The translations under genes and the position numbers were made by a program. A DNA stretch of 63,765 bases, the filler included, from an uncultured virus (IMG/VR IMGVR_UViG_2049941000_000602) (Duplodnaviria > Heunggongvirae > Uroviricota > Caudoviricetes). It is 12 parts of one record of this genome, joined end to end, with 100 filler letters (N's around TTAATTAATTAA, not from the genome) between each part and the next. Parts side by side here need not be neighbours in the genome. Positions count along the whole stretch, not along the records: positions 22,085 to 26,148 come from IMGVR_UViG_2049941000_000602; positions 26,249 to 43,347 come from IMGVR_UViG_2049941000_000602; 10 more parts are not named here. One strand, 5' to 3'. The notes under the pieces are model-generated. The model was not told the DNA's origin and made no database searches. It saw nothing but the letters and a program-made list of their open reading frames with translations. Below are positions 22,505 through 34,409 of this stretch, one piece after another (position 1 is the stretch's first letter; the number at the start of each line of letters is the position of its first letter).

Positions 22505-23509
22505 ATGGCCAATAATCAGATAAATTTGTGGAAAAAGTACAACGGAAAGGGATTCTCCGCAGAACATGCGGACTATGCCGAGAAAGCTACTGCCGACGAG
22601 TATGGCAACGCAATACATGAGACCTACGCCACGAAGACGGAATTGCCAGATATTACTGGAAAGGCGGACAAGGTCACCGGCGGTACGGAAAATCACGTAG
22701 TTTCCCTCGATGCTGCCGGTAATATCAAGGACTCCGGTATACCGGCCACTACCGCCGCAGAAGGAACTTCTTCGCTTGTAGTGACCAACACCACGTCGAA
22801 CAACGCAACCACGACTACATACGAATGGAAAGGGTGGACTAGCAAGACAGTGCAAGTACCGTACGAATACGTGGTCATTGGCGATAGGGCATACAAGACA
22901 GTCACTATCGGAAACCGGAAGTGGATGGCGGAAGATTTGGATTACATGCCCGAAACCGGAATAACTCTGGTTACCGAGCGTTTCGATGCCAACCACGTCA
23001 TTGATTCATCGCAATCCGTAGCCTGCTACATGAATTTCGACCAGGCAAATTCACGTGATAAGAACCTTGGATTGCTGTACAGCTTGAAGGCAGCCAAGTA
23101 TCTGATAGCCAACCAGTCTACATTATTCCCGTCGGGCTGGCGTATTCCAGTAAAGGCCGACTTCCAGTCTATAGAATCTGCACTCAACATTGTATATTCG
23201 TCAACTGCGCCGGAATTAAGAACACCGAATTTAAGTTGGTGTAATAATGAATGGAATTATTTCAATCCATCTAACTCATCTGGCTTTACTGCATTGCCGG
23301 GTGGGGGCATTGATTGGAATTCTAATAATGGTAACAATTTCTTTGGTGGATATACTTACCGCTATCGTTGCGTTGGTAATTATACGTGGAATATTAATTT
23401 GCCTAATGACTTATCCGGTATGACGCTATCTGGCACCGCGTATCACAATATCAACACGGAGTTCGGTGCCGGCATGGCATTGCCTATCCGCCTCGTAAAG
23501 GATGTTTAA
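22505..23509 (+). CDS. Fibre-type protein with C-terminal Fib_succ_major (FISUMP) domain
   Basis: YKTVTIGNRKWMAEDLDY, GLLYS, PSGWRIP, SGFTALPGG, PIRLVKD. Confidence 0.9.
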   Translation: MANNQINLWKKYNGKGFSAEHADYAEKATADEYGNAIHETYATKTELPDITGKADKVTGGTENHVVSLDAAGNIKDSGIPATTAAEGTSSLVVTNTTSNNATTTTYEWKGWTSKTVQVPYEYVVIGDRAYKTVTIGNRKWMAEDLDYMPETGITLVTERFDANHVIDSSQSVACYMNFDQANSRDKNLGLLYSLKAAKYLIANQSTLFPSGWRIPVKADFQSIESALNIVYSSTAPELRTPNLSWCNNEWNYFNPSNSSGFTALPGGGIDWNSNNGNNFFGGYTYRYRCVGNYTWNINLPNDLSGMTLSGTAYHNINTEFGAGMALPIRLVKDV

Positions 23510-23510
23510 T

Positions 23511-24797
23511 ATGGCAGAAAAACCCAAACAAAATATAGACATGTGGACTTCGTTTGACGGAAAAGGCTTTTCCGCCAAGCACGCCGAATACGCCGAGCGT
23601 GCAACCACCGACGAAATGGGAAACGACCTCACCCTCACCGTCGAGAGCAACAAGGTCACCGCAATCGGCGGAAAGCTTATTTCCGCAGTAGCCCCCGCCG
23701 AGATGACCGGTGCCACCGCATCTACGGACGGTGAATCCGGGCTAGTCCCCGCGCCCGCAGCCGGGGACCAGGACAAGGTGCTACGGGGAGACGGCACATG
23801 GGTGAACGTGCCCGTGGCTGTTGCGTCCACCTCCGGCGCAGGCGGAACCGACGGCCTTATGCCGGCCACCGACAAGGAGAAGCTGGACGGGGCGAAGTCC
23901 TTCTCCACGGTCAAGGTAACCGACTCGGGAGTCACCGCCACTCTTCCGGCAAACTCGCTCAACGAGGACATCGAACTGGTTGCCGGTGACAATGTCACCC
24001 TCGAGGCCGGGCTGGTAATCGGCGGTCGCCAGTACAAGACCGTCAAGATTGGCAACCAGGTGTGGATGGCGGAGAACCTCGACTTCCTCCCGGATGGAAT
24101 CGAACTTCATGAGGATTCCCCTGCCGATGCTGATTTCGCGACGGCTGGCGCCTGGTACTACGGCAACGACAAGGTTACGGCGCAGTCACGCGGCTATGGG
24201 CTGATATATAATTCGGAGGCAGTCGATTACCTGGAATCTAACAAGGCCACTTATTTCGATGGATGGCACGTGCCTACCAAGGCTGACATGGATGTCTTTG
24301 TACAGAACAACCGTGAATCGCTTCGCGCGTCAGTTCCTTGGGCTTATAGCGACTGGGTGAACGGTACTGCAACCAACACTACCGGGTTCACTGCGATACC
24401 GTGCGGCGATATTCTTGATGGTACTGGTTCAAATCCTCCATATTTTCATGGGGGCTGCAACAGGATGGAACTATGGTCAGCAACGGTAAACGGGGCAGGA
24501 AACCAGTATTTTGTGCCAATTTCCGGTACTTCAACCTTCTATGTATCCGATAATTCCAAAAGCGCAAGCTATGCACGTTCTATCCGTCTCGTCAAGGACG
24601 ACTCCACCCTCCCCAACAAGGTAAGAATCTCAAGCGACGCCGCACTGGAAAAGTCAATCTACGGAACATACATAGCAGGCGAGCAGGGTGAAGGCATCGA
24701 GGGAGAGTCCGGGTTGCTGAGCCTCGGCGAGAACTCCGTGGAACTCTACGACACGTTCAAGGGTGTCAAGTTCGGCGCCGAGCGTGCCGGCGCCGGC
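23511..24797 (+). CDS. Fibre-type protein with internal Fib_succ_major domain (truncated at gap)
   Basis: YKTVKIGNQVWMAENLDF, YGLIYN, GWHVPT, TGFTAIPCG, SIRLVKD; fibre repeats GLVPAPAAGDQDKVLRGDGTW. Confidence 0.9.
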
Positions 24798-24807
24798 NNN
24801 NNNNNNN

Positions 24808-25307
24808 ATCCGGAATCAAACCATATCTATGCGCCGCTTTTTGGTGGCCGTGAAGGGCAATTTGTAAACAACTATACATTGGGTGTGAAGTATGATTCAG
24901 CGGCAAATTGGTACCTGGAAAAGGACTATACGATGCAGCGGTGGTCTAATTATTCCATGCTAAACGTGCACTGCCTCTTAACGACATATGTAAACGGAAC
25001 GCACAGCTATCTAGATGTAAAGACTATAAGTACCGGCGAGGTGTCGACCTATCAAAACGATAACATTGGCGCTGGTATTACTCCGGTATGCTACCTGTTC
25101 TCAATGAACAACAATGGCTCAAAATACACAGGTTCAACTTACGGTAAAGTGTTCGATTTCGCTATCTACACTAATGATGGCACCGAACGATGCCATCTTG
25201 TGCCGACTTTGCGGAATTCCGATAGGGTTTCCGGGTTTTATGACATTACGAATGACAGGTTTATTACTAATGGCGCCGGCGCAACCGGCTACCATACGTA
25301 CGGCTAG
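24808..25307 (+). CDS. Lectin-like C-terminal fibre domain (fragment)
   Basis: YLFSMN....GKVFDFAIY....HLVP..R.SD...GFYD....RF, a common phage fibre C-terminal pattern. Confidence 0.6.
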
Positions 25308-26443
25308 TCAAGGGTAGGCAGAATCTCGTCGAACTGCCAGGACTTTTTCCTCTGCACGCTGTCGGACACCGTCATTGCTGTCGACATCTTCTCCGCATAG
25401 TCCTTCGGCCCCTTGTACCGGCAATGAAGTATCCTCATGCGTTCGTCGTACAACTTATACGGACATTTCGGTATGCCGACTCCCTGGATGTNNNNNNNNN
25501 NNNNNNNNNNNNNNNNNNNNNNNNNNNNNNNNNNNNNNNNNNNNNNNNNNNNNNNNNNNNNNNNNNNNNNNNNNNNNNNNNNNNNNNNNNNNNNNNNNNN
25601 NNNNNNNNNNNNNNNNNNNNNNNNNNNNNNNNNNNNNNNNNNNNNNNNNNNNNNNNNNNNNNNNNNNNNNNNNNNNNNNNNNNNNNNNNNNNNNNNNNNN
25701 NNNNNNNNNNNNNNNNNNNNNNNNNNNNNNNNNNNNNNNNNNNNNNNNNNNNNNNNNNNNNNNNNNNNNNNNNNNNNNNNNNNNNNNNNNNNNNNNNNNN
25801 NNNNNNNNNNNNNNNNNNNNNNNNNNNNNNNNNNNNNNNNNNNNNNNNNNNNNNNNNNNNNNNNNNNNNNNNNNNNNNNNNNNNNNNNNNNNNNNNNNNN
25901 NNNNNNNNNNNNNNNNNNNNNNNNNNNNNNNNNNNNNNNNNNNNNNNNNNNNNNNNNNNNNNNNNNNNNNNNNNNNNNNNNNNNNNNNNNNNNNNNNNNN
26001 NNNNNNNNNNNNNNNNNNNNNNNNNNNNNNNNNNNNNNGTTGTCTTCTCCCAGGGCGAGCAGGTAGCGCCACACGTGCCGGGAAAATTTCCGCATCATTG
26101 GAGAATCCCGGTAGATGTTGAACGCCTGCCCGATTGCGCCTCGCCAGCNNNNNNNNNNNNNNNNNNNNNNNNNNNNNNNNNNNNNNNNNNNNTTAATTAA
26201 TTAANNNNNNNNNNNNNNNNNNNNNNNNNNNNNNNNNNNNNNNNNNNNCCTCCTTGAACCTCTTCGGGAACAGGTGTTTCCAGCGGATGGCGAACATGTC
26301 CATGTGTGGGAACTTGTTCCGGTAGTACATGACACCGTCGTAGATTGACGGGAAGTCGCCTATGTCCAGGAATTCGTCGTCATCGAGCGGGATTATCCAT
26401 TCGGCGTTGGAGCGGCACTCGACGTAGGAGTCGTAGAGGCGGT
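25304..26443 (-). CDS. Fragments (middle and C-terminus) of the two-domain glycosyltransferase
   Basis: EWIIPLDDDEFL (DxD), overlap with allele at 28295..29274, C-terminus ILHCRYKG..Y.EK; pieces lie on both sides of a scaffold linker. Confidence 0.7.
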
Positions 26444-26713
26444 NNNNNNNNNNNNNNNNNNNNNNNNNNNNNNNNNNNNNNNNNNNNNNNNNNNNNNNNN
26501 NNNNNNNNNNNNNNCGAATATTCAGGGTCAGGGTCATAGCCATCTCTTAAATATCCAAAATTTATAAACCAGTTATTATCAATTTCGGCAACATAAGTAT
26601 TATTCACTACTGAATATGGATAGTCTCCATAATCTTCCCATTCTGCGAAACGCCATGTTCCATATTGTGCACTTCCATTTTCGCCGAATGTATTATATGG
26701 GCANNNNNNNNNN

Positions 26714-27669
26714 CGGCCCCGAACCCGTCAAAGCCATATCCATAGTAGAACGTGCCTGCCGGAAGCAGAGAAAACCCGTACGAGTCCGAGTCGCCACCCC
26801 AACTGCTTGCCGGGTACTCAGACACCACTGAATCCGTGGCAGCCTTNNNNNNNNNNNNNNNNNNNNNNNNNNNNNNNNNNNNNNNNNNNNNNNNNNNNNN
26901 NNNNNNNNNNNNNNNNNNNNNNNNNNNNNNNNNNNNNNNNNNNNNNNNNNNNNNNNNNNNNNNNNNNNNNNNNNNNNNNNNNNNNNNNNNNNNNNNNNNN
27001 NNNNNNNNNNNNNNNNNNNNNNNNNNNNNNNNNNNNNNNNNNNNNNNNNNNNNNNNNNNNNNNNNNNNNNNNNNNNNNNNNNNNNNNNNNNNNNNNNNNN
27101 NNNNNNNNNNNNNNNNNNNNNNNNNNNNNNNNNNNNNNNNNNNNNNNNNNNNNNNNNNNNNNNNNNNNNNNNNNNNNNNNNNNNNNNNNNNNNNNNNNNN
27201 NNNNNNNNNNNNNNNNNNNNNNNNNNNNNNNNNNNNNNNNNNNNNNNNNNNNNNNNNNNNNNNNNNNNNNNNNATACCAGACTGTCCTGGCTTAAAGAAC
27301 CAGAATCCGGTACATTCGTTCAGCTGGTACCAGTTACCGTCGTCTCGGCGTTCACCGGTCGGATATGCGCAGAACCCGTAGTCATCGGTATCAGTGCCGT
27401 TTTCCCAGTTAGTTTTCGATTTTACCTTGCTCGCGTCATTGCCGATGTACGTGATTAGGGTCTCATAGTCATTCCTGACGGGGACTCGCCATCCGTCGGG
27501 CAGTATGTTGGCCTCGTAAAGTGCCTGACAAGCATAGTAGTCGTAGCTAAGTCCATAATGCTGGTATGGTTGGTCGGATGCATTTCCGTAGTAGGCACAT
27601 GCGTTCGAGTATCCTGTGGCGCTCGACGCGAGGAACCGGCATCCACTGAATTTCCACTCCAGGTTCTCG
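26714..27669 (-). CDS. Fib_succ_major domain fragments
   Basis: GDSDSYGFSLLPAG; WKFSG...YGLSY..PDGWRVP...GTDTDDYGFCAYPTG in two pieces. Confidence 0.7.
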
Positions 27670-27679
27670 NNNNNNNNNN

Positions 27680-28284
27680 ATCAATCACTGTTCCACCATA
27701 ACCATCGCAGAACGATGTCCTTGCGATTGCACCTAGTGGATACGAATTTCCTTCACCATCATCTACGGTAATCGGGTCGCCATTTCCGTCGACAAGGCCG
27801 ATGCTATCTATGGCTTGGTGAGAACTGGCACATGCATATTCGGTGATTGCATACGTTATCACCATGCGCTCGCCGGTATTTAGTGTAACCGAGTTCTCCC
27901 CTAGCTCTATGCGACTGAACATGTCCCCAACATTCCATGACTGGCTGCCGAATGCGGTTGAAAATGTAGTGCTTATTGCGCAGAAGAACCCGACCTCCTT
28001 GATAGTCACGTTGTCCTCGGTGACCTTCAGTGAGTTGTTGGTAACTCGGTGGGTACTTCTGATATCCCCGGCGATGTAACTGTCAGCAGTTGTCCCTCGT
28101 ATACTCTTGTCAGCCGTTCCAGGAATATAATGAGATGAACTGTACTTGTTCCCGCTGGAATCCAGGTATGGAGAAACCAGGTCAGTCATGTTATATGTAG
28201 TTCCGTTTGCTGATTCACCGGTACCAATTGCGGTAAACCATGTCATCCTAATCCATAGGCCCTCGTCATAAGCACGCTGGTTTT
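27680..28284 (-). CDS. Baseplate/tail-fibre attachment-like protein (fragment)
   Basis: AIGTG...T..MTDL, IKEVG, MFSRIEL....TL..GE...ITY.I pattern. Confidence 0.55.
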
Positions 28285-28294
28285 NNNNNNNNNN

Positions 28295-29274
28295 TGGTAG
28301 GCCTGCCCCTCGACGAGCTCGTACGTGACCCTGCCACCGTATTCCTCGCAGATTGACTTGACGTCGTAGCCGGACTCGTTGTCGAAAACGTGTATTCGGT
28401 CGAACTTGCAGACGTTGAGGTGATGGTCCAGCCATTCCCGGATGTCATCGGGGTTGAGATACTTGGTCAGCAGCATCGCCTCGGTCCTGTACCTGTATTC
28501 TGTCGGGAATATGATTTTCTTGTCGAAGCGGTGCGGGTATACCGGCTTGTTGCAGAGGTAGTAGTACTGGTCGTAGTTGTTGTACGTTATGACAGGAGTC
28601 TGCGTGAAGTGCCCGCAGTATGTCATGTAGGTGGACTGCACTATCTGCAGGCTGGTGACGAATACCTTTAGCTCCGGGTATCTCGCGAGCAGCTTGTGGA
28701 CCACTATTTCGTCTATCCTGACCGGCTTATTGTCTTCTCCCAGGGCGAGAAGGTAGCGCCACACGTGCCGGGAAAATTTCCGCATCAATGGAGAATCCCG
28801 GTAGATGTTGAACGCCTGCCCGATTGCGCCTCGCCAGCCTTCCTGGCCGAACTTCTTGATGAACTTCTTCAGGGCTTCTACGTCGTGGCCGGATACCCGG
28901 ACCGGCTTACGCTTGAGCCATTCCTCTATCTTGTGCTCATCGGACTTGTAGATGGAGCAGAGCACGGAGTAGTCCGAACCTGACTTGTCGAACGCGGTCA
29001 CGATGCTGGACAGTGAATCGTGAATCTGGACCGAGGAATCGATTGTGACTACTATCGGGGTGGAGGCGAATTCGAACGGGTGGTGCCGGACGTAGTAGGT
29101 GGCGTAGAGGGGGTCCTTCTTGGATAGTACGGGGTCGACTATGACCTTCCAGTTTTTTGAAGGAATTTCCTTGTCGGTGACGTAGACATATTCGGCATCC
29201 GGGTCGACGTGTTCCGGTTCGCGGAGGATGTCGTAGTTGCCGAAACAGTAGGATATGATAGTGTATTTAGGCAT
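28295..29274 (-). CDS. Two-domain glycosyltransferase (DUF616/MUCI70-like plus GT-A family 2/92-like)
   Basis: YTIISYCFGNYDILREP...DAEYVYVTD...W; second domain IREWLDHH....FDRIHVFDNES. Confidence 0.8.
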
Positions 29275-29310
29275 AATTTGAATTTGCTATTTATTAGACA
29301 ATATAACAAA

Positions 29311-29338
29311 AAGTGAACGGCATTGCTACCGTTCACTT
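29311..29338 (-). terminator. Terminator hairpin (variant copy at 29620..29647)
   Basis: AAGTGAACGG-N8-CCGTTCACTT with T tract on the minus strand; second copy has a compensatory A-T to G-C pair. Confidence 0.8.
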
Positions 29339-29762
29339 AATAGTTAATAACCTAGTCTAATAGACTAGCCGACATACGGTGACGCACCACCTGAACCATT
29401 ACTTATACATTTCCATGCAAGTGTGCCATCACTNNNNNNNNNNNNNNNNNNNNNNNNNNNNNNNNNNNNNNNNNNNNNNNNNNNNNNNNNNNNNNNNNNN
29501 NNNNNNNNNNNNNNNNNNNNNNNNNNNNNNNNNNNNNNNNNNNNNNNNNNNNNNNNNNNNNNNNNNNNNNNNNNNNNNNNNNNNNNNNNNNNNNNNNNNN
29601 NNNNNTACAATATAACAAAAAGTGGACGGCATTGCTACCGTCCATTTTAGATTTAAGAAAGACAATTGGTTATTAATGTACCGGTAACTCGGATGACTGT
29701 GTTTTAATCGTATAGCCATGACCTAGAACGGTAATTTGAACAAATGTATTATNNNNNNNNNN

Positions 29763-30225
29763 ACACAATTTCATCAATCTGGGTATCCGGGTCACGTTGC
29801 ACAGTCAAGAACTTCCCGGCCTTGTCTCCGGCCGGTGGAACTGGATTTGCTACACTTAGTTTGCGACGGTCGTCACTAAGATAGCCAACCGTCACAATTG
29901 TAAGCGATGTATCATAATCTATCTCAAGTTTTCCGTTAACTTCACGCAGTCCATCATCTGCTAGGCTCTCTGCGGTCGGGATTGCTGGGATTATTGCTAC
30001 GCCATTACTCACGACACTGCTGCCGTCTACAGTGACGTCGGTAACCGGCACATCCGGCTTGATTGCACTCAGCGGCACGTTCACGTTAGTGTTTTCCCCG
30101 CCGACGCTGGTTTTGCCGTACGTGGTCACCGCCGCGTTGGCAAGGTACGTTGCCTGGTCTGCCTGGCTCAGCTCTTCGAGCTTGGGGTACTCGCTCATCC
30201 TCTGGCCATGAATTTCGTCTGCCAT
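29763..30225 (-). CDS. Fibre-like protein N-terminal part
   Basis: MADEIHGQRMSEYP, VTDVTVDGSSVVSNGVA.IP, NPVP....AGKFLTV; late motif at 30257..30264. Confidence 0.65.
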
Positions 30226-30297
30226 GGAATCCTCCGGATTCTAACTGTTTAATTCTAGTTTATATATCCGTATTCTCCCGGGAAACCCCGGGCCGTC

Positions 30298-30424
30298 CTA
30301 GGAGGCGTCCTTGACGAGACGGACCGACATTGCGTGGGGACGCCCATCATAATCCGAATCGATGGTGGTGCGGCTGACCCGAACCAATAACCCAAGGTCG
30401 CTGCTATTCTTTTCCGGGGTCCAT
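30298..30424 (-). CDS. Fib_succ_major C-terminal fragment
   Basis: Hand translation WTPEKNSSD...AMSVRLVKDAS*. Confidence 0.7.
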
Positions 30425-31674
30425 NNNNNNNNNNNNNNNNNNNNNNNNNNNNNNNNNNNNNNNNNNNNNNNNNNNNNNNNNNNNNNNNNNNNNNNNNNNN
30501 NNNNNNNNNNNNNNNNNNNNNNNNNNNNNNNNNNNNNNNNNNNNNNNNNNNNNNNNNNNNNNNNNNNCGACCACGGTGAACCCCCCGTAGTTCGCGAGCG
30601 CGGTATCGATTGCGGTCGTCACCTGTTCCATGGTGGCCTTCGAGGCGATGGACTCGTGGATGTTGGCCCCGGTGTGGTCCTCGTAGGCCCTCCGGGCGCC
30701 GAANNNNNNNNNNACCGTTAAGAACTCTCCGCGATGTTGATTGGTGCCTGGTGCAGGCACCGGATTGGTAAGGGTTAATTCATTGTTGTTAGTCCCGCCA
30801 AGTTTAAACTGGTCATTTTTATAATTCAATCCGAAGCTATATCCGGACATCGTGATAGGATAATCTGCAGAATATGTTGGAATGTTTACGTCAGACCATT
30901 CAAGGTTACCGCCTTGGGCAACTGTGAGTACTTTTTGAAAATCATGTTCCGCGTCAATCTCAGGAAGGACATCCACTGTATCCCATTGTGTACCATCTTC
31001 ATTAGCGTTGACTGTAAGTACTTTTCCGGCGTCGCCGGCTTGAATAGTCGGCAGGGCTTCCCCNNNNNNNNNNNNNNNNNNNNNNNNNNNNNNNNNNNNN
31101 NNNNNNNNNNNNNNNNNNNNNNNNNNNNNNNNNNNNNNNNNNNNNNNNNNNNNNNNNNNNNNNNNNNNNNNNNNNNNNNNNNNNNNNNNNNNNNNNNNNN
31201 NNNNNNNNNNNNNNNNNNNNNNNNNNNNNNNNNNNNNNNNNNNNNNNNNNNNNNNNNNNNNNNNNNNNNNNNNNNNNNNNNNNNNNNNNNNNNNNNNNNN
31301 NNNNNNNNNNNNNNNNNNNNNNNNNNNNNNNNNNNNNNNNNNNNNNNNNNNNNNNNNNNNNNNNNNNNNNNNNNNNNNNNNNNNNNNNNNNNNNNNNNNN
31401 NNNNNNNNNNNNNNNNNNNNNNNNNNNNNNNNNNNNNNNNNNNNNNNNNNNNNNNNNNNNNNNNNNNNNNNNNNNNNNNNNNNNNNNNNNNNNNNNNNNN
31501 NNNNNNNNNNNNNNNNNNNNNNNNNNNNNNNNNNNNNNNNNNNNNNNNNNNNNNNNNNNNNNNNNNNNNNNNNNNNNNNNNNNNNNNNNNNNNNNNNNNN
31601 NNNNNNNNNNNNNNNNNNNNNNNNNNNNNNNNNNNNNNNNNNNNNNNNNNNNNNNNNNNNNNNNNNNNNNNNNT

Positions 31675-31901
31675 ATCCCTTTAGCTCTAATTTCTGAACT
31701 AGGATTTAGGGCATTACCACCTTGCCACCTACAATACTCTGTATATCCAGTATTAACAGGTTCCCAACTTGGAATATAATTACTGCAAGTCCAGAGTTTA
31801 TTACCAATTTTAGTAACTTTATACTCACGGCCATCAATCATTGCACTCGATGGGAATCCCCCACCTTTACTAATACTATTTCCGCCATGCGTCAGAATCA
31901 T
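31675..31901 (-). CDS. Short-leader Fib_succ_major protein (N-terminal fragment)
   Basis: GGAG RBS; MILTHGGNS...IDGREYKVTKIGNKLWTCSN. Confidence 0.65.
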
Positions 31902-33011
31902 ACCCAGTCTCCTACGCCGGAGCCTCGNNNNNNNNNNNNNNNNNNNNNNNNNNNNNNNNNNNNNNNNNNNNNNNNNNNNNNNNNNNNNNNNNNNNNNNNN
32001 NNNNNNNNNNNNNNNNNNNNNNNNNNNNNNNNNNNNNNNNNNNNNNNNNNNNNNNNNNNNNNNNNNNNNNNNNNNNNNNNNNNNNNNNNNNNNNNNNNNN
32101 NNNNNNNNNNNNNNNNNNNNNNNNNNNNNNNNNNNNNNNNNNNNNNNNNNNNNNNNNNNNNNNNNNNNNNNNNNNNNNNNNNNNNNNNNNNNNNNNNNNN
32201 NNNNNNNNNNNNNNNNNNNNNNNNNNNNNNNNNNNNNNNNNNNNNNNNNNNNNNNNNNNNNNNNNNNNNNNNNNNNNNNNNNNNNNNNNNNNNNNNNNNN
32301 NNNNNNNNNNNNNNNNNNNNNNNNNNNNNNNNNNNNNNNNNNNNNNNNNNNNNNNNNNNNNNNNNNNNNNNNNNNNNNNNNNNNNNNNNNNNNNNNNNNN
32401 NNNNNNNNNNNNNNNNNNNNNNNNNNNNNNNNNNNNNNNNNNNNNNNNNNNNNNNNNNNNNNNNNNNNNNNNNNNNNNNNNNNNNNNNNNNNNNNNNNNN
32501 NNNNNNNNNNNNNNNNNNNNNNNNNNNNNNNNNNNNNNNNNNNNNNNNNNNNNNNNNNNNNNNNNNNNNNNNNNNNNNNNNNNNNNNNNNNNNNNNNNNN
32601 NNNNNNNNNNNNNNNNNNNNNNNNNNNNNNNNNNNNNNNNNNNNNNNNNNNNNNNNNNNNNNNNNNNNNNNNNNNNNNNNNNNNNNNNNNNNNNNNNNNN
32701 NNNNNNNNNNNNNNNNNNNNNNNNNNNNNNNNNNNNNNNNNNNNNNNNNNNNNNNNNNNNNNNNNNNNNNNNNNNNNNNNNNNNNNNNNNNNNNNNNNNN
32801 NNNNNNNNNNNNNNNNNNNNNNNNNNNNNNNNNNNNNNNNNNNNNNNNNNNNNNNNNNNNNNNNNNNNNNNNNNNNNNNNNNNNNNNNNNNNNNNNNNNN
32901 NNNNNNNNNTTGGGTGCATAGTTCTTGAACAGCCACACTTTCAGCTTGTCATAGAACCTTTGTAATCGCCTTACACTAACGTAATCTTCTGAAGCCATTT
33001 GTCAAACTCCT

Positions 33012-34138
33012 TTATGAAATCGTCCTGACCAGACGGAGCGAGAAGCCCTCATTCATACTAGTCGTACCATACACCACACACTGTTCTGGCGTATCTGCAT
33101 CTACCCCAACGCCAAACCCGGCAAACGAACTTGCACGACTCGACGCAGTATAGTCCTTTGTCCAGAAATTTGCGCTAGTTCCAAGTTCGATGAACGACGA
33201 ATTAAGATAGCGGCCAGCCGGTAAAACAGTGAAACCATAATTGTCTGTTCCGGACCATCCGCTAGGCCAATTGCTAGTCACGGAACCATCACGCGCCCTC
33301 AACAGGAGGCCACAGTTATATCTACTGCCAATATTGCCAATACGCTCGCCGATTTCATCCCACATTGTCGACCATTCATACCCGGACGGAACATGCCAAC
33401 CATCAGGCAACAATGTGTCCTTGTGTTCATTCAAGTACATGACCGCATATTGGTTATACAGAAGGCCGCACTTGTATGTTCCGTCGATTCCATAGGTGGC
33501 TGGCTCGTTGTTATAGTACCACGCGGCCGGTGTATCGATGAGACCGGGCTCGTCGACCGGAAGCGGAGAACCGTTACAGTCGAACTGGTAATCAAGATTC
33601 TCGGCTAGCCATTCCTGGTTGCCGATTGTAACTGTGCGGTACGTACGAGTGCCTATCACGACGGTAAACATGTTGTCAATTTCAGTGTCTGTTGCCTCGT
33701 CCATTTCAGGCAAGTCCACCTTCTTGAGGTAGGTCGTCTTGATGTTGTTGCCGTCCTGGTCTGCGTAGGTGCGGATGGCGCCGAATCCCTTCCCGGCGAA
33801 ACCGGTCCAGAGCTGGTCGGTGGCGCCGGCGTCGTAGATTGGTTCCTGGGTAGTCTCGTCAAGCATCGGAGCGTCATGCTCGTCGAGCAATTGTGTGCCG
33901 ACCATATCGCGGTCGAATGCTTTCCAAACCGTATCTCCTTGGTCGTCTACCGTTAGGACCTTGTCCTCGTCGGCCGAAGTGGACGCCGGTACTGACCTGA
34001 CTGTGTTCCAGTTGAACTTCTCCCCGGTGGTCACCAGGGAAAGCGCGGTGCCTCCCTCGGCTGCGTTCTTGCTGGTAAGCGATGATGCGGCCACGCCGGA
34101 ATCCTTGAGGTTGCCGGCTGAGTCGAACGATGCTACGT
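33012..34138 (-). CDS. Fibre protein with C-terminal Fib_succ_major domain (5' truncated)
   Basis: YRTVTIGNQEWLAENLDY, CGLLYN, PDGWHVPS, GTDNYGFTVLPAG, ANFWT, FSLRLVR. Confidence 0.9.
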
Positions 34139-34409
34139 NNNNNNNNNNNNNNNNNNNNNNNNNNNNNNNNNNNNNNNNNNNNNNNNNNNNNNNNNNNNNN
34201 NNNNNNNNNNNNNNNNNNNNNNNNNNNNNNNNNNNNNNNNNNNNNNNNNNNNNNNNNNNNNNNNNNNNNNNNNNNNNNNNNNNNNNNNNNNNNNNNNNNN
34301 NNNNNNNNNNNNNNNNNNNNNNNNNNNNNNNNNNNNNNNNNNNNNNNNNNNNNNNNNNNNNNNNNNNNNNNNNNNNNNNNNNNNNNNNNNNNNNNNNNNN
34401 NNNNNNNNN

